Of a stretch of DNA of 64,000 nucleotides, positions 37,094-46,444 are shown one piece after another. The DNA comes from Candidatus Bathyarchaeia archaeon (GTDB lineage: Archaea; Thermoproteota; Bathyarchaeia; Bathyarchaeales; Bathycorpusculaceae). Numbering within the stretch: position 1 is the first letter of the stretch; every line of letters begins with the position of its first letter. The stretch covers positions 96,001 through 160,000 of the forward strand of contig JBEKHN010000002.1 in assembly GCA_050012255.1 (NCBI GenBank), in the 5' to 3' direction. The position numbers and the translations under genes were made by a program. The notes beneath the pieces are model-generated. The model ran no database searches, was not told where the DNA came from, and saw only the letters and a list, made by a program, of their open reading frames with translations.

Positions 37094-37341
37094 CGCTTTT
37101 CCTCAATGTTGACCGAGTAATTGTCCTTTGTTGGATTTGCCAGAAGCCTTTTGCACATCTCTTCAGCTTTCATCACAGCCTCCTTCTTTGACCGAGCTTC
37201 AAGAGTGACGGTGTAGACTTTGCTGACATTAGCAGTTTCAATTTCATAGCCAAGCTCTTTCAATAGCTGTGCGGTCGTCTCGCCTTCAGGGTCGCTGTGC
37301 CCGGGCTTCAGGCTTACCTCGATTCTCAGGCGGTATTTCAT
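37090..37341 (-). CDS. purS: FGAM synthase subunit PurS
   Basis: LKPG..DPEG, LLANP; overlaps the purL start. Confidence 0.95.
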   Translation of the reverse strand: MKYRLRIEVSLKPGHSDPEGETTAQLLKELGYEIETANVSKVYTVTLEARSKKEAVMKAEEMCKRLLANPTKDNYSVNIEEKR

Positions 37342-37398
37342 AGGCTAAGCTTGGACCGAAATGGATTTAAACGCTTTTGCCACCATCAGAACAAACTG

Positions 37399-38475
37399 CT
37401 AATCCAAAATGATTTTCTTACCCTTGTGTAGGACCCTGATTCCCCCAAGGCCTGTTACGTGACCTATCTGTTCTGATTCTACTCCTGCTTTGTTCAAAAC
37501 GTCTAAGGCTTTGTCTGTGTCGGCTTTTTCCACTATGGCTGCGAATCCCCACCCCATGTTAAATGTTCTGAACATCTCCACGTCAGTTATTGGGGTGTTT
37601 AGCTCGCTTGCGGTTTTTTGGATTAAGTCGAAGATTGGCTGTGGTTTGAAGTTGTTGAATTCAAAACCTATGTCTTGTGAAAACGTGGCCAGACGGCCAA
37701 ACTTGAGGTATGCGTCGCCAGTGATGTGCACGGCGGCCTTCACCTCCAGCTTCTCTGTCAGTCTGAGAAAAGGCTTGACGTATATTCTGGTCGGTTCCAA
37801 GACTTCATGAACCAGTTCTCGTTCTAACCCGTCAGGAACAGCGTCAGCCTTATACTTCCCGCCCCATTGCTTGAAGAGAACTCTTCTGGCGAGAGATATG
37901 CCATTGCTGTGAAGCCCTGAACTCTTCAAGCCTATTATTGGGTCCCCTGGGCCCATGTTTCTTCCTGAAATCACATCTTCTTTAGCGACTTCACCTACTG
38001 CCGCGAAAATCATGTCGAACCCCTTGCCTGCACGCAGACCCTTTATCAGATCGGCTACATCGCCAATCTCGCCGCTGGGAACTATGCATTCTGACTCGGC
38101 TGCCCCTCTTGAAATGCCTCTCATCCATTCTCTGACAAGAGAGGGATCGGAAACCTGTGCGTGGATGTTATCCGCAATTGCGATTGGTCTCGCGCCGGAA
38201 CGTATGACATCATTGACTGCCATTGCCACGCCGTCAATACCAATAGTATCATATTCGCCTGCTAGCTGAGCAATGAGCACTTTTGTGCCAACTCCTTCAA
38301 TAGCTAGGTCCAGATAGCCGTCGTGAAATGGAAATATGTTCCCGTACGGAAGCTCGACAACTTTGCCGTATCGACTGTGTTTATAGGTCTGCTTCAATAC
38401 TTGCAACGCTTTTTTTGACTCAGCTCTTAGGTCTCTGTCAACTCCAGAGTCGGAGTAAGTGAGTTTTCGGGTCAC
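37399..38475 (-). CDS. purM: Phosphoribosylformylglycinamidine cyclo-ligase (AIR synthase)
   Basis: TYSDSGVD, EGVGTK, VAMAVND, SSGLHSNG, HITG, TFNMG. Confidence 0.95.
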   Translation of the reverse strand: MTRKLTYSDSGVDRDLRAESKKALQVLKQTYKHSRYGKVVELPYGNIFPFHDGYLDLAIEGVGTKVLIAQLAGEYDTIGIDGVAMAVNDVIRSGARPIAIADNIHAQVSDPSLVREWMRGISRGAAESECIVPSGEIGDVADLIKGLRAGKGFDMIFAAVGEVAKEDVISGRNMGPGDPIIGLKSSGLHSNGISLARRVLFKQWGGKYKADAVPDGLERELVHEVLEPTRIYVKPFLRLTEKLEVKAAVHITGDAYLKFGRLATFSQDIGFEFNNFKPQPIFDLIQKTASELNTPITDVEMFRTFNMGWGFAAIVEKADTDKALDVLNKAGVESEQIGHVTGLGGIRVLHKGKKIILD

Positions 38476-38660
38476 TGCTAAGCCTTCCTGTCTAAAGTCT
38501 ATCTGGTTCTCGATTTATAAAACATCATTCCTTCTCTTCAAAAACCACTGACCCAATGAACTGCTCGAGATACAGTGAATCAGAACTAAGATTAGCATTC
38601 GAATTGGGAAAAGATGATTCTGTTTCGAGTCCGGCAGGACATTAGCGCTTTCTCAGAGCT

Positions 38661-38993
38661 CTATCTCTGCCTTAGTTGCGGTTCATACAAGATCGTCGGC
38701 CTTCTAATTCCATTCTCAGCAGCCAAAAGCATGCTCAGGAGCACGTAATACTGCCTTAAAAAGTCAAGCCCTCTATCACTTGCTCTGTACACGACCTTGC
38801 CCTCTTTTAGGCCTTCTTGGATAAAGCCCATCTCAACGAGAGAACCAAGAAATCGTTTGAGTTGACCGCAATTGATGCTCGCGTGCTTCATTATAGAAAA
38901 TCTGGCCTGTCCCGCATCCTTAACCGCCTCAACCATCAAAGCTATGATTTCAAAGTGGCTTCTATATTTCTTGCCCAGAGGGAAGCCGCACAT
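38661..38993 (-). CDS. Winged-helix DNA-binding protein
   Basis: YRSHFEIIA..., IMKHASIN, L..LVEMGFI, YRASDRG.DFL. Start uncertain. Confidence 0.8.
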   Translation of the reverse strand: MCGFPLGKKYRSHFEIIALMVEAVKDAGQARFSIMKHASINCGQLKRFLGSLVEMGFIQEGLKEGKVVYRASDRGLDFLRQYYVLLSMLLAAENGIRRPTILYEPQLRQR

Positions 38994-39240
38994 ACGGTAT
39001 TTCTTCTGCAAAGGTAAGCAAGACAAATCATGATCGATGGCATAATTCTCCATGATGGAACACTTCAATCAATTAAAGGCCGTTTAAGCGTTTAAGGGAT
39101 TTTTCTGTAGACCTAGTTGAAAAATGAGAAAATCGAGCTGAAGAGTTGACATCTGAGTTGAAAGAATTGAATTTGAACGTCTTCTGAGACGAAGCATTAT
39201 TATATTGGTCAATTGACACTATTGAATAAGGGAAAATGGC

Positions 39241-39840
39241 TTGTCTCAACGTCGATTGCCGCCAGCCGAAATGAAAATTCTCGAAGAAGTGGCGAGGACG
39301 GAGCCTGTTGTCGGTAATATACGCTTACGAGAGGGAGAGTATCAATACAGCCTTGTCAAAGCAATCGCATCCTTCGAGTTAGAGTTGATGTTTCCAGATG
39401 TCAAAGACCTCATAAGAAGACTTTTTGGAGAAGAAAAATCGTCCGACCTCCAGTTTGTGCGGAAGATTCAGACCATCCTCAAGAAGATGGAGAAGAGCAA
39501 CATTGTCAGGATCTTGCCGAAGAAAAACCCTTGGCAACTCCAGAGATACGCGCTTTCAAGCTTCAAGTTTCGAGACAGCGACAAGAACCTTGTGGTTCTT
39601 GCAACGGACCAGCAAGTAAAACAGATGCAAGATCTGCTTCATTCTGCTTTGACCCAACAAGAAAAAGGAAGAAGAGACTACTTCAAGGTTCTTCCATTGA
39701 TGTTGGTTGTAATTGCATCGTATTTCGCGGTTGTATGGGCCCTCACACAGCCAGTCATCAACGCGGTCATTTTCATTTCTGGACTGTTTGTTTCTGTCAC
39801 GTGTTCCGTAATACTAGGAGAAATACTCAGTACAAAATGA
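39241..39840 (+). CDS. Hypothetical protein with wHTH-like N-terminal region and two C-terminal TM helices
   Basis: KIQTILKKMEKSNIV...QRYAL wing-like pattern; two hydrophobic helices at the C-terminus. Confidence 0.55.
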   Translation: MSQRRLPPAEMKILEEVARTEPVVGNIRLREGEYQYSLVKAIASFELELMFPDVKDLIRRLFGEEKSSDLQFVRKIQTILKKMEKSNIVRILPKKNPWQLQRYALSSFKFRDSDKNLVVLATDQQVKQMQDLLHSALTQQEKGRRDYFKVLPLMLVVIASYFAVVWALTQPVINAVIFISGLFVSVTCSVILGEILSTK

Positions 39841-39892
39841 CTTTGAATATCGCGTCAACGTTTAATAATTCTGTATACCAAGAGAAGAAAAC

Positions 39893-41461
39893 GTGATTGA
39901 TTTGAGAAGAAGTATTTCGATCTTGTTGATTGGCTTGTCTTTAGCATTCATGTTTTCCTTTGCTAGATGCAAGGTGTCCGTGAAGGCAAGTTCGGAGGTA
40001 ATCAACGTTCCGGAAGACTTTAAAAAAATCCAAGATGCCATAAACAATGCAAGTTCAGGGGCGACGATCCTCATAGGCAACGGCACCTACTATGAATCTC
40101 TGACTATAAACAAAACCTTGACACTTCTTGGACAAGGCAGAGATGTGACAACCATTGATGGCAACGGTGCTAATTACGCAGTTTCAGTAACGGCTGACAA
40201 TGTGACCATTGAACATTTGACCGTCACGAACACAGGTGCAGGACCCTATGTCAACGGTGTTCACGCGGATCGGTGCAAAGGAGTTATCATTAACAATACT
40301 AAGATAGCGAAAACCTACACTGGACTTACTGTTTCCTTTTTAGGTAACAGTGTTTTTTCGGCCAACATCATCGCGAATAATACTAACGGGGTCTTGCTAC
40401 TCTACTCCAACAATAACGTGTTTTCAAACAACATTGTTCAAAGCAATTCTGAGGGAATCAGCCTTTATTATTCGAACAGCAACGTGTTTTCTGCCAGCAC
40501 GGTTTCAAACAATGTCGAAGGAGTTTTTCTCTCTTCGCCGAGTAATAGGAACTACTTTTATCATAACAACTTTCAGGATCCGGTTCAGGTGACGGAGGGG
40601 TCACCGAACATTTGGAGCTACAACGGAGAAGGTAACTACTGGAGTAGCTATAACTTCACTGGTCGAGACCCGGACGCTGATGGAATCGGCGATGAGCCTT
40701 ACTACATAGATGATACCAACAGGGACGACTATCCTTTGATGGGAACCTTTTCTGAGTTCAGCATCGTGATGAAACAGGAAGAGCGCTATGTCACAGTCGT
40801 TAGCAACTCCACAATTTCTGATTTCGGGTTCGAAATTGGAAAGGAAACTGGCAACAAGATACTCAGCTTCAAAGCGGCTGGTGAGAGTGGCACCACCAGC
40901 TTCTGCAGACTGATGATCCCAACGTCACTAATGGAATATCCTTTTACTGTCCTTGACAATGAAGGAGAACTCACTACTTCTGTGTTAAACGCGTCAGACG
41001 CGACGAGCACCTATCTGTATTTCACGTATGTCCAAAACGATCAGAATGTTGCAGTAATTTCTTCAATAGCGTTGCAGCAGTATAACCAATTGCTTGACAA
41101 GTACACGAGGCTTCAAACGGACCTTGACAACCTGAACTCCACGTATCAAGCTCTTCTGACTTACTACGACGTGAAGCTGCAAGCGGAGATCGACAGTTTG
41201 AACGCCACGTATCAAGCCGCGCTGAATGGCCTCAGCATGTTGTTGCAAAACTTGAGTCAACTCCAAACTAGCTATCTGGCATTGAGCTCCTCTCTTCAGA
41301 AGAACATGCTGGATCAATCTGATAATTTGCAAAACATTCATAATCTGACATACATCTTTGCCGCTTCAACAGCAGCCTTCTTGATAACTACCGTGTACCT
41401 GTCAACCCGTGCAAAAGCGACCAACAAGCCGAAGCCCTATTTTGGTGAAGAAAAGGAATAG
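39893..41461 (+). CDS. Secreted NosD/CASH beta-helix protein with coiled-coil stalk and C-terminal TM anchor
   Basis: VPEDFKKIQDAIN, Asn-rich repeats, GNYWS, DGIGD.PY, heptad region, TM helix. Confidence 0.85.
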   Translation: MIDLRRSISILLIGLSLAFMFSFARCKVSVKASSEVINVPEDFKKIQDAINNASSGATILIGNGTYYESLTINKTLTLLGQGRDVTTIDGNGANYAVSVTADNVTIEHLTVTNTGAGPYVNGVHADRCKGVIINNTKIAKTYTGLTVSFLGNSVFSANIIANNTNGVLLLYSNNNVFSNNIVQSNSEGISLYYSNSNVFSASTVSNNVEGVFLSSPSNRNYFYHNNFQDPVQVTEGSPNIWSYNGEGNYWSSYNFTGRDPDADGIGDEPYYIDDTNRDDYPLMGTFSEFSIVMKQEERYVTVVSNSTISDFGFEIGKETGNKILSFKAAGESGTTSFCRLMIPTSLMEYPFTVLDNEGELTTSVLNASDATSTYLYFTYVQNDQNVAVISSIALQQYNQLLDKYTRLQTDLDNLNSTYQALLTYYDVKLQAEIDSLNATYQAALNGLSMLLQNLSQLQTSYLALSSSLQKNMLDQSDNLQNIHNLTYIFAASTAAFLITTVYLSTRAKATNKPKPYFGEEKE

Positions 41462-41546
41462 ACGGCCTCTCAGCATTTTAACGCCATGGAGCAACGGATA
41501 AAAGCTCAACACGTTATCTCTTTTCTGCGAAGTCTTTGCAAACACT

Positions 41547-41620
41547 GCGGTCGTAGTCTAGCTTGGCCAGGACATCGGCCTCCCACGCCGACGACCCGGG
41601 TTCAAATCCCGGCGACCGCA
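41547..41620 (+). tRNA. tRNA-Gly(CCC)
   Basis: Acceptor GCGGTCG/CGACCGC; anticodon arm TCGGC-CTCCCAC-GCCGA; T arm CCGGG-TTCAAAT-CCCGG. Confidence 0.95.
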
Positions 41621-41724
41621 TCAGCAGCTCTTGATTGAAGACTCACGCGCAGATCGGTGACGTGACAAAAAGAATCCAGTTAGTTTTGTTTGCTGTTCGT
41701 CCCGGAATCGGGTCTTGACAGGGA

Positions 41725-41897
41725 GCTAACATCCTCTGTTTCGGGTTTTCACCCGGTCTATTTCGCCCTCCTCCTCCCCCCTAGGGTACTAGTACTGCAC
41801 GTGGTCGTTGGGCAAGGCCCTTCTGACTTGATGCGGGCTTCGGGCCGAGCGCGTGTCGAGGGCTTCGCAGATAGCCACGGCAAGGATAGTGACTTTT
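41725..41897 (-). repeat. About 170-bp dispersed intergenic repeat, copy B (inverted relative to copy A)
   Basis: See copy A; lies about 100 bp downstream of tRNA-Gly. Confidence 0.85.
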
Positions 41898-42071
41898 TAA
41901 CGCCTTTCATGTATTGTGCGATCACCCCATCCTCTGGTTTCATCCACTAGACTCAGAGCTTGCCCACACACCTGTCCCTTGCTCTTAGGGTGTCTGTCCT
42001 TCACCCAGTCTGAACAAGCCATTTCTGGGGTTGATAGATTGGCAATCTTGGTAAATGGGCTTGCGTTGATT

Positions 42072-42995
42072 TCAACTCGTGCCAAGAAATTTTTTCAAGT
42101 CGTCAAGTGTTGGCAGGCCACTTCTCGCGCCCATAGTGGTGATAGACCTTGAGGCGACGAAATTGCCTATTTTTCCGGCTTCATTAATGTTCTTGCCGGA
42201 GAGTAGCCCGAATATGAAGCCAGCGTCGAAAGCGTCGCCAGCCCCGGTGGTGTCCACAACCTTAACTTTGAAAGGTTCCACCAGGTGGCTTTCACCTCTG
42301 TCTATAACGTAGCATCCTTTACTTCCCAGCTTTACAGCTAGGACTTCAACACCTTCATCAATTAGCAATCGTGCGCCGGCCTTATAGTCAGTCTTGCCTG
42401 TTAGCAATGCGATTTCACCTGCGTTTGGCATCATTACAGAGGTCTTGTCTATGATGGGCTTTAGTTTCGTCAATCCGATTCTCGCGTAAAGTGCTCCCGG
42501 GTCGAAACTCACCTTGACCTTTTCCGGCAGCCTGTCAACAAGTCTTTTCTGTGTTTCGAACGACTGTTTTCCAGCGAAGGATGATAAATGCAAGAATTTG
42601 GTGCTTGACGCATAGGCGCTATCTGTTTCGTCGATTTTTATCGTGTCGTTCACGCCAGGGTCGATGTACAATGCCCGTTCTCCCTCTTTGCCCACGAAAC
42701 CCATCACTTTGCCGCTTCTTCCTACCTTAGCAACCGTTACGCCTCTGGTGTCAACACCCTCTTTTCGAAGATCTTGAAGCAGCATTCTTCCTTCAGGGTC
42801 GCTGGCAACCTTGCCGATGAAGCCTACCTTGCAGCCAAGTCTTGCCATGGCCACCATGGTGTTTGCCGCTGAGCCGCCGCAAGCCTCTGAGTGATCGACG
42901 ACAAAACTTTCTTCCTCGGCAGCGGCTATTCTGTTCACTTTAAATAGCTTGTCAACGTTGAGGGCGCCGAACCCAATGGCATCGAGTTCGCTCAT
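42072..42995 (-). CDS. PfkB/ribokinase-family kinase (EhaT-like)
   Basis: [27 protein letters not shown]; ATGA overlap with the ftr-like gene. Confidence 0.92.
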   Translation of the reverse strand: MSELDAIGFGALNVDKLFKVNRIAAAEEESFVVDHSEACGGSAANTMVAMARLGCKVGFIGKVASDPEGRMLLQDLRKEGVDTRGVTVAKVGRSGKVMGFVGKEGERALYIDPGVNDTIKIDETDSAYASSTKFLHLSSFAGKQSFETQKRLVDRLPEKVKVSFDPGALYARIGLTKLKPIIDKTSVMMPNAGEIALLTGKTDYKAGARLLIDEGVEVLAVKLGSKGCYVIDRGESHLVEPFKVKVVDTTGAGDAFDAGFIFGLLSGKNINEAGKIGNFVASRSITTMGARSGLPTLDDLKKFLGTS

Positions 42996-43906
42996 CGAAA
43001 CAGCTCTTTCAAATTTATCTTGTAATCGCCTAGCTTTCCACCGTAGTTTCCTGCAGAAATCCTCACCACGCCATCAACGCTCAACGCCGCTTCTATGCCG
43101 GCCTTCATTGCTTTTCTAACAGCGTCCATTGAGATGCCGTTGATCACTATTTCTGGGATATAGTTGACGCCTTCTGGCACTTTGGACTCGTCTTTTAGCT
43201 TCCTTTTCAGGGAGGGGCAGTAGGGATGATTTGTGGTAGGTCCTATAAGGGGAAAGCGTGTTTCAGTCTTCGACCCGGCTGAGCAGACGTCGAATGGGGT
43301 TGTCACGCCCTCAACCTGATGTATGGCTTCCAGCGCTTTCTTTCCGGCATCGACTACTTGTTTTTTCGCTTTGCACATGTACCAGAAGTTGCCACCAGCG
43401 ATTCCTCTCGCATAGCCGATGAAACGCTCTATGAGAAAATCGGGCACCATGATTGGAACGACGAGCACTTTTTTTCCGTATAGTTGCTCTTCCCACTCAT
43501 GCCCGTCTCCGCAGTGTCCAACCCTTTCCATCATGTCTATTTTCCCCTCAGGCTTCACGGACAAAGCGTCGAACACCGCTGTGAAAGGCTTTACCAAGAT
43601 GTCTTGACGAATTCGGTAGGAAAGCTCCTTTTCAAAACGGCCAAGCATGTTTTCTAAAGGTTTCCCTCTATCTAGGCCCTTCCAGAACTGCAAGATTGCT
43701 CCTTTTCGGTCGTCGGGCGTTTCATTCTTCCCGAGCAGTCTTTCGACTCCGCTGTCAAGTCTGCCTATAACGCCCGACGGCGTTGCGGTCGCATCGTCAG
43801 CAGCCTTCTTAACTGTCTCTTCGTCGTCGGCGGTCACTATCACGCGACAGTATAATCCTGAAAAGGCTTCGGCATACGTGTCTTCAATCAAGTTTTTCTT
43901 AATCAA
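42992..43906 (-). CDS. Formylmethanofuran:H4MPT formyltransferase (Ftr)-like paralog (EhaS-like)
   Basis: [51 protein letters not shown]. Confidence 0.9.
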   Translation of the reverse strand: MIKKNLIEDTYAEAFSGLYCRVIVTADDEETVKKAADDATATPSGVIGRLDSGVERLLGKNETPDDRKGAILQFWKGLDRGKPLENMLGRFEKELSYRIRQDILVKPFTAVFDALSVKPEGKIDMMERVGHCGDGHEWEEQLYGKKVLVVPIMVPDFLIERFIGYARGIAGGNFWYMCKAKKQVVDAGKKALEAIHQVEGVTTPFDVCSAGSKTETRFPLIGPTTNHPYCPSLKRKLKDESKVPEGVNYIPEIVINGISMDAVRKAMKAGIEAALSVDGVVRISAGNYGGKLGDYKINLKELFR

Positions 43907-43908
43907 AC

Positions 43909-44991
43909 CTATCCTAACCTGCCGATAGCTTCTCCTCTGACCTTCTTTCTAAACTCGCTGCTCTCCTTCGCTAGGTCTTTCATGTTTTCTCTCGTTATTA
44001 TTTTGGCTTTGGGCAGTTCTCGAGGATGCAGTTTGAGAAAACGTTCTCGCAAGTCCACGTTCACTAAACTATTCTCTAGTGTTCTGCGATTCCATTTCGC
44101 CACTAGTTTTAGCGTTTCCGTTTTTCCGAACCTGACGAAAACGTCGGCGATCAGCGCTGTCGTCAAACTGTCCGCGGAAAGCAGTGCGATTTCAGCGTTT
44201 CTGACAGCGTATTGGTTCCCGTTGAACGAAACAGCCAGACCGCCGTTTTCCTTCACAAGCTTGAAGGCTTCCTCGTCAGTTATGCTGTCACCCACATACA
44301 TCGTGTCCGTTAAAGCCACGCCATCCTTGCCTGCGATGTCCTTTATTGCTTCAGCTTTTTCTCTGCCGCCAACAGGGTTGACTTCAGAATAGATTTTTCC
44401 GATTGGCATTTTGGCAATGGTTTTCCAGAAAATCTCGTCCAGCCTTCGAATTGTTGTCCGGGTCTCTTCTGGAAGGTCTTTTAGGCTCTTCGCTTCTGCT
44501 GGACTCTCGAACACGGGTAACTGCACGATTTCACGGCCGGCCTTTTTCAAGCAGTCTTTCTCCTCTGAGGTTATGGCGTATACATCCAAGCTGAGCTTAG
44601 TGCAGTAGGTTTTCTCAAACGGAAACTCAAGAGCCTTGCACAAGGCCCTGATGTAGTGTTCGTAGCTTGTGCTGACGATGTATGCCGGCGCAATGCTTCT
44701 CACGTGTCGAAGCGAGTCCCCTGCGTGTGCGATCAGGACGAGGTTTCTGGCAGAAAACTGTCTGATCTCCTCGTCTGTGACGTCGTAAGCCTTGAGGAAG
44801 GGTAGCACAAGCTTCAACGTGTCGCCTGCCTCGTAACCAGGTCTTCTCAACACGTCTGAAAGGACATCATCATACCTGCTTACGACGGTGAAGAGTCTGT
44901 CGCCCTGTGGGACAAAATGTGACAGCGTTTCGAGAGCGTTGTCGTTCTTCGAAATGGGTCCTTCACAGTCTGTGATGAAAAGCCTCTTCAC
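43909..44991 (-). CDS. HAD-superfamily hydrolase-like protein (EhaR-like)
   Basis: Motif I variant FITDCEGP, motif II IVSTS, motif III K (GGREKA), motif [10 protein letters not shown]; GTGA overlap with the purD stop. Confidence 0.8.
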   Translation of the reverse strand: MKRLFITDCEGPISKNDNALETLSHFVPQGDRLFTVVSRYDDVLSDVLRRPGYEAGDTLKLVLPFLKAYDVTDEEIRQFSARNLVLIAHAGDSLRHVRSIAPAYIVSTSYEHYIRALCKALEFPFEKTYCTKLSLDVYAITSEEKDCLKKAGREIVQLPVFESPAEAKSLKDLPEETRTTIRRLDEIFWKTIAKMPIGKIYSEVNPVGGREKAEAIKDIAGKDGVALTDTMYVGDSITDEEAFKLVKENGGLAVSFNGNQYAVRNAEIALLSADSLTTALIADVFVRFGKTETLKLVAKWNRRTLENSLVNVDLRERFLKLHPRELPKAKIITRENMKDLAKESSEFRKKVRGEAIGRLG

Positions 44992-46397
44992 GACTTGCGC
45001 CTCAACTTCTCCATGTGTCTTACGCTCTTCTCTATGTGGCTTTCTGAGGCTACGTCGGTTCGATTCCAGAGGGCTCCACCCCGTATTGCCTTCAAGCCTT
45101 CAAGGGAGATCTGCCGAGCTTTTTCTATGCTTTCGCTGATCCCCACGGCGCACACAGCTCTGGATTTGAGGGCGAAGGTCCTGCCGTCGCGTTTTTCCAT
45201 TGATGCCGGGTAGATTCGAATGTCGTCACCGTATTTCATGCTCAGTTCATAAGCTCTGGTCAAATCGACTGGTCTGTCAATGCTGTCTGCTTTGACAAGG
45301 CTTGGGAAGGTTTCTGCGTATCCACCGTAGGAAGGTGGAGCCTTGTAGGTTACTACCGTCGCGGCTTTTTCTAATTGGAGCCTTGTCAAGTTACCTTCCA
45401 ACATTTTGAAGCAGACATCAAGGAAATCATCCTTCAAAACGGGCATTATGTTGATTATCTCGGGGTCTCCTGGTCGACTGTTGTTCTCAAGAATCTTCAG
45501 TTTTCTGCGTGTGTGCATGAAAGCAACGTAGAAAGGAACGCCTCGAAGGGCTGAGCTGTCTTCTCCTTTCCATTCTTGAAAGATCGTGTTGACAACGTTC
45601 AGCTCCTTGGCGCGATCAGCATCGGTCAGAAAAGGCAACACGTCTCCGACGCCCTTGTAAGACCCCATTCCTCCAGTGTTCGCTCCCTTATCGTCGTCGA
45701 ACGCCCGTTTGTAGTCTCTTGTATCCGGCAGGGGTACGAGGTGTTTTCCGTCGCAGAACGCCTGAAAGCTTGATTCCTCTCCTTCGATTTTTTCTTCTAT
45801 TATCACTGAACCGTGCTGGTAGTTTGAGAGGAAGTGATCGAACAGTTGTTCTCGGTTCGTAAAGTCGTCACCCCAGACACCGACCCCCTTTCCAGCCGCT
45901 GGCTTGTCGGGTTTAACTACAGCTTGGTCAGCCAGTTTGTCGAGCCAATCGTAAACATCCTTCTTGACTTCTGCAAGGGTTTTGTACTCTTTTGGGTTGA
46001 ATATCTTAAAGCGCGGGTTTACTTCGGGGGTGACTCTTTTGAAAAGGAGTCGTTGTTGAACTTTGCTTCCTTCCAGGGCACATCGCTTTGTTGGACAGAT
46101 CAGGGGTATTCCTGTTCGTTTCTCTAAGAGATCTCGTATTCCCTCGATTATCGGTTTTTCAGGGCCGACAATGCCGAAGTCAATTCTATGTTTGTTCATG
46201 TCTGCGAATTTGCAGATTTCTTCAACATTCAGATCAGGTATTACAACGTGTTTTGCTGCCCTTTTCGCGTTGAAGGGGTTGCGTTGCTTATCGGCAACGT
46301 AGATCTCCACTTTGTATCTTTGGCTGCGGGCGAAAGCGTCAATCATGGCTGCTTCTCTTGACCCATAAGAAACAACGAGTACGCCTACTTTTTCCAT
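44988..46397 (-). CDS. purD: Phosphoribosylamine--glycine ligase
   Basis: GSREAA, VGPE.P, LEGSK, AGKGV, DYKRAFDDDKGANTGGMGS, N.RPGDPE. Confidence 0.92.
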   Translation of the reverse strand: MEKVGVLVVSYGSREAAMIDAFARSQRYKVEIYVADKQRNPFNAKRAAKHVVIPDLNVEEICKFADMNKHRIDFGIVGPEKPIIEGIRDLLEKRTGIPLICPTKRCALEGSKVQQRLLFKRVTPEVNPRFKIFNPKEYKTLAEVKKDVYDWLDKLADQAVVKPDKPAAGKGVGVWGDDFTNREQLFDHFLSNYQHGSVIIEEKIEGEESSFQAFCDGKHLVPLPDTRDYKRAFDDDKGANTGGMGSYKGVGDVLPFLTDADRAKELNVVNTIFQEWKGEDSSALRGVPFYVAFMHTRRKLKILENNSRPGDPEIINIMPVLKDDFLDVCFKMLEGNLTRLQLEKAATVVTYKAPPSYGGYAETFPSLVKADSIDRPVDLTRAYELSMKYGDDIRIYPASMEKRDGRTFALKSRAVCAVGISESIEKARQISLEGLKAIRGGALWNRTDVASESHIEKSVRHMEKLRRKS

Positions 46398-46444
46398 GAG
46401 TAACCCGCCTGCCATCGGATTGACCGTGAAGACCAGTTCTTGTG

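Noticed and set aside
42992-43906. Reading the Ftr-like gene as evidence of methanogenesis
   Set aside because: No mcr, mtr, fwd or mch genes in the window; the sequence looks like a divergent paralog and sits in a purine operon.
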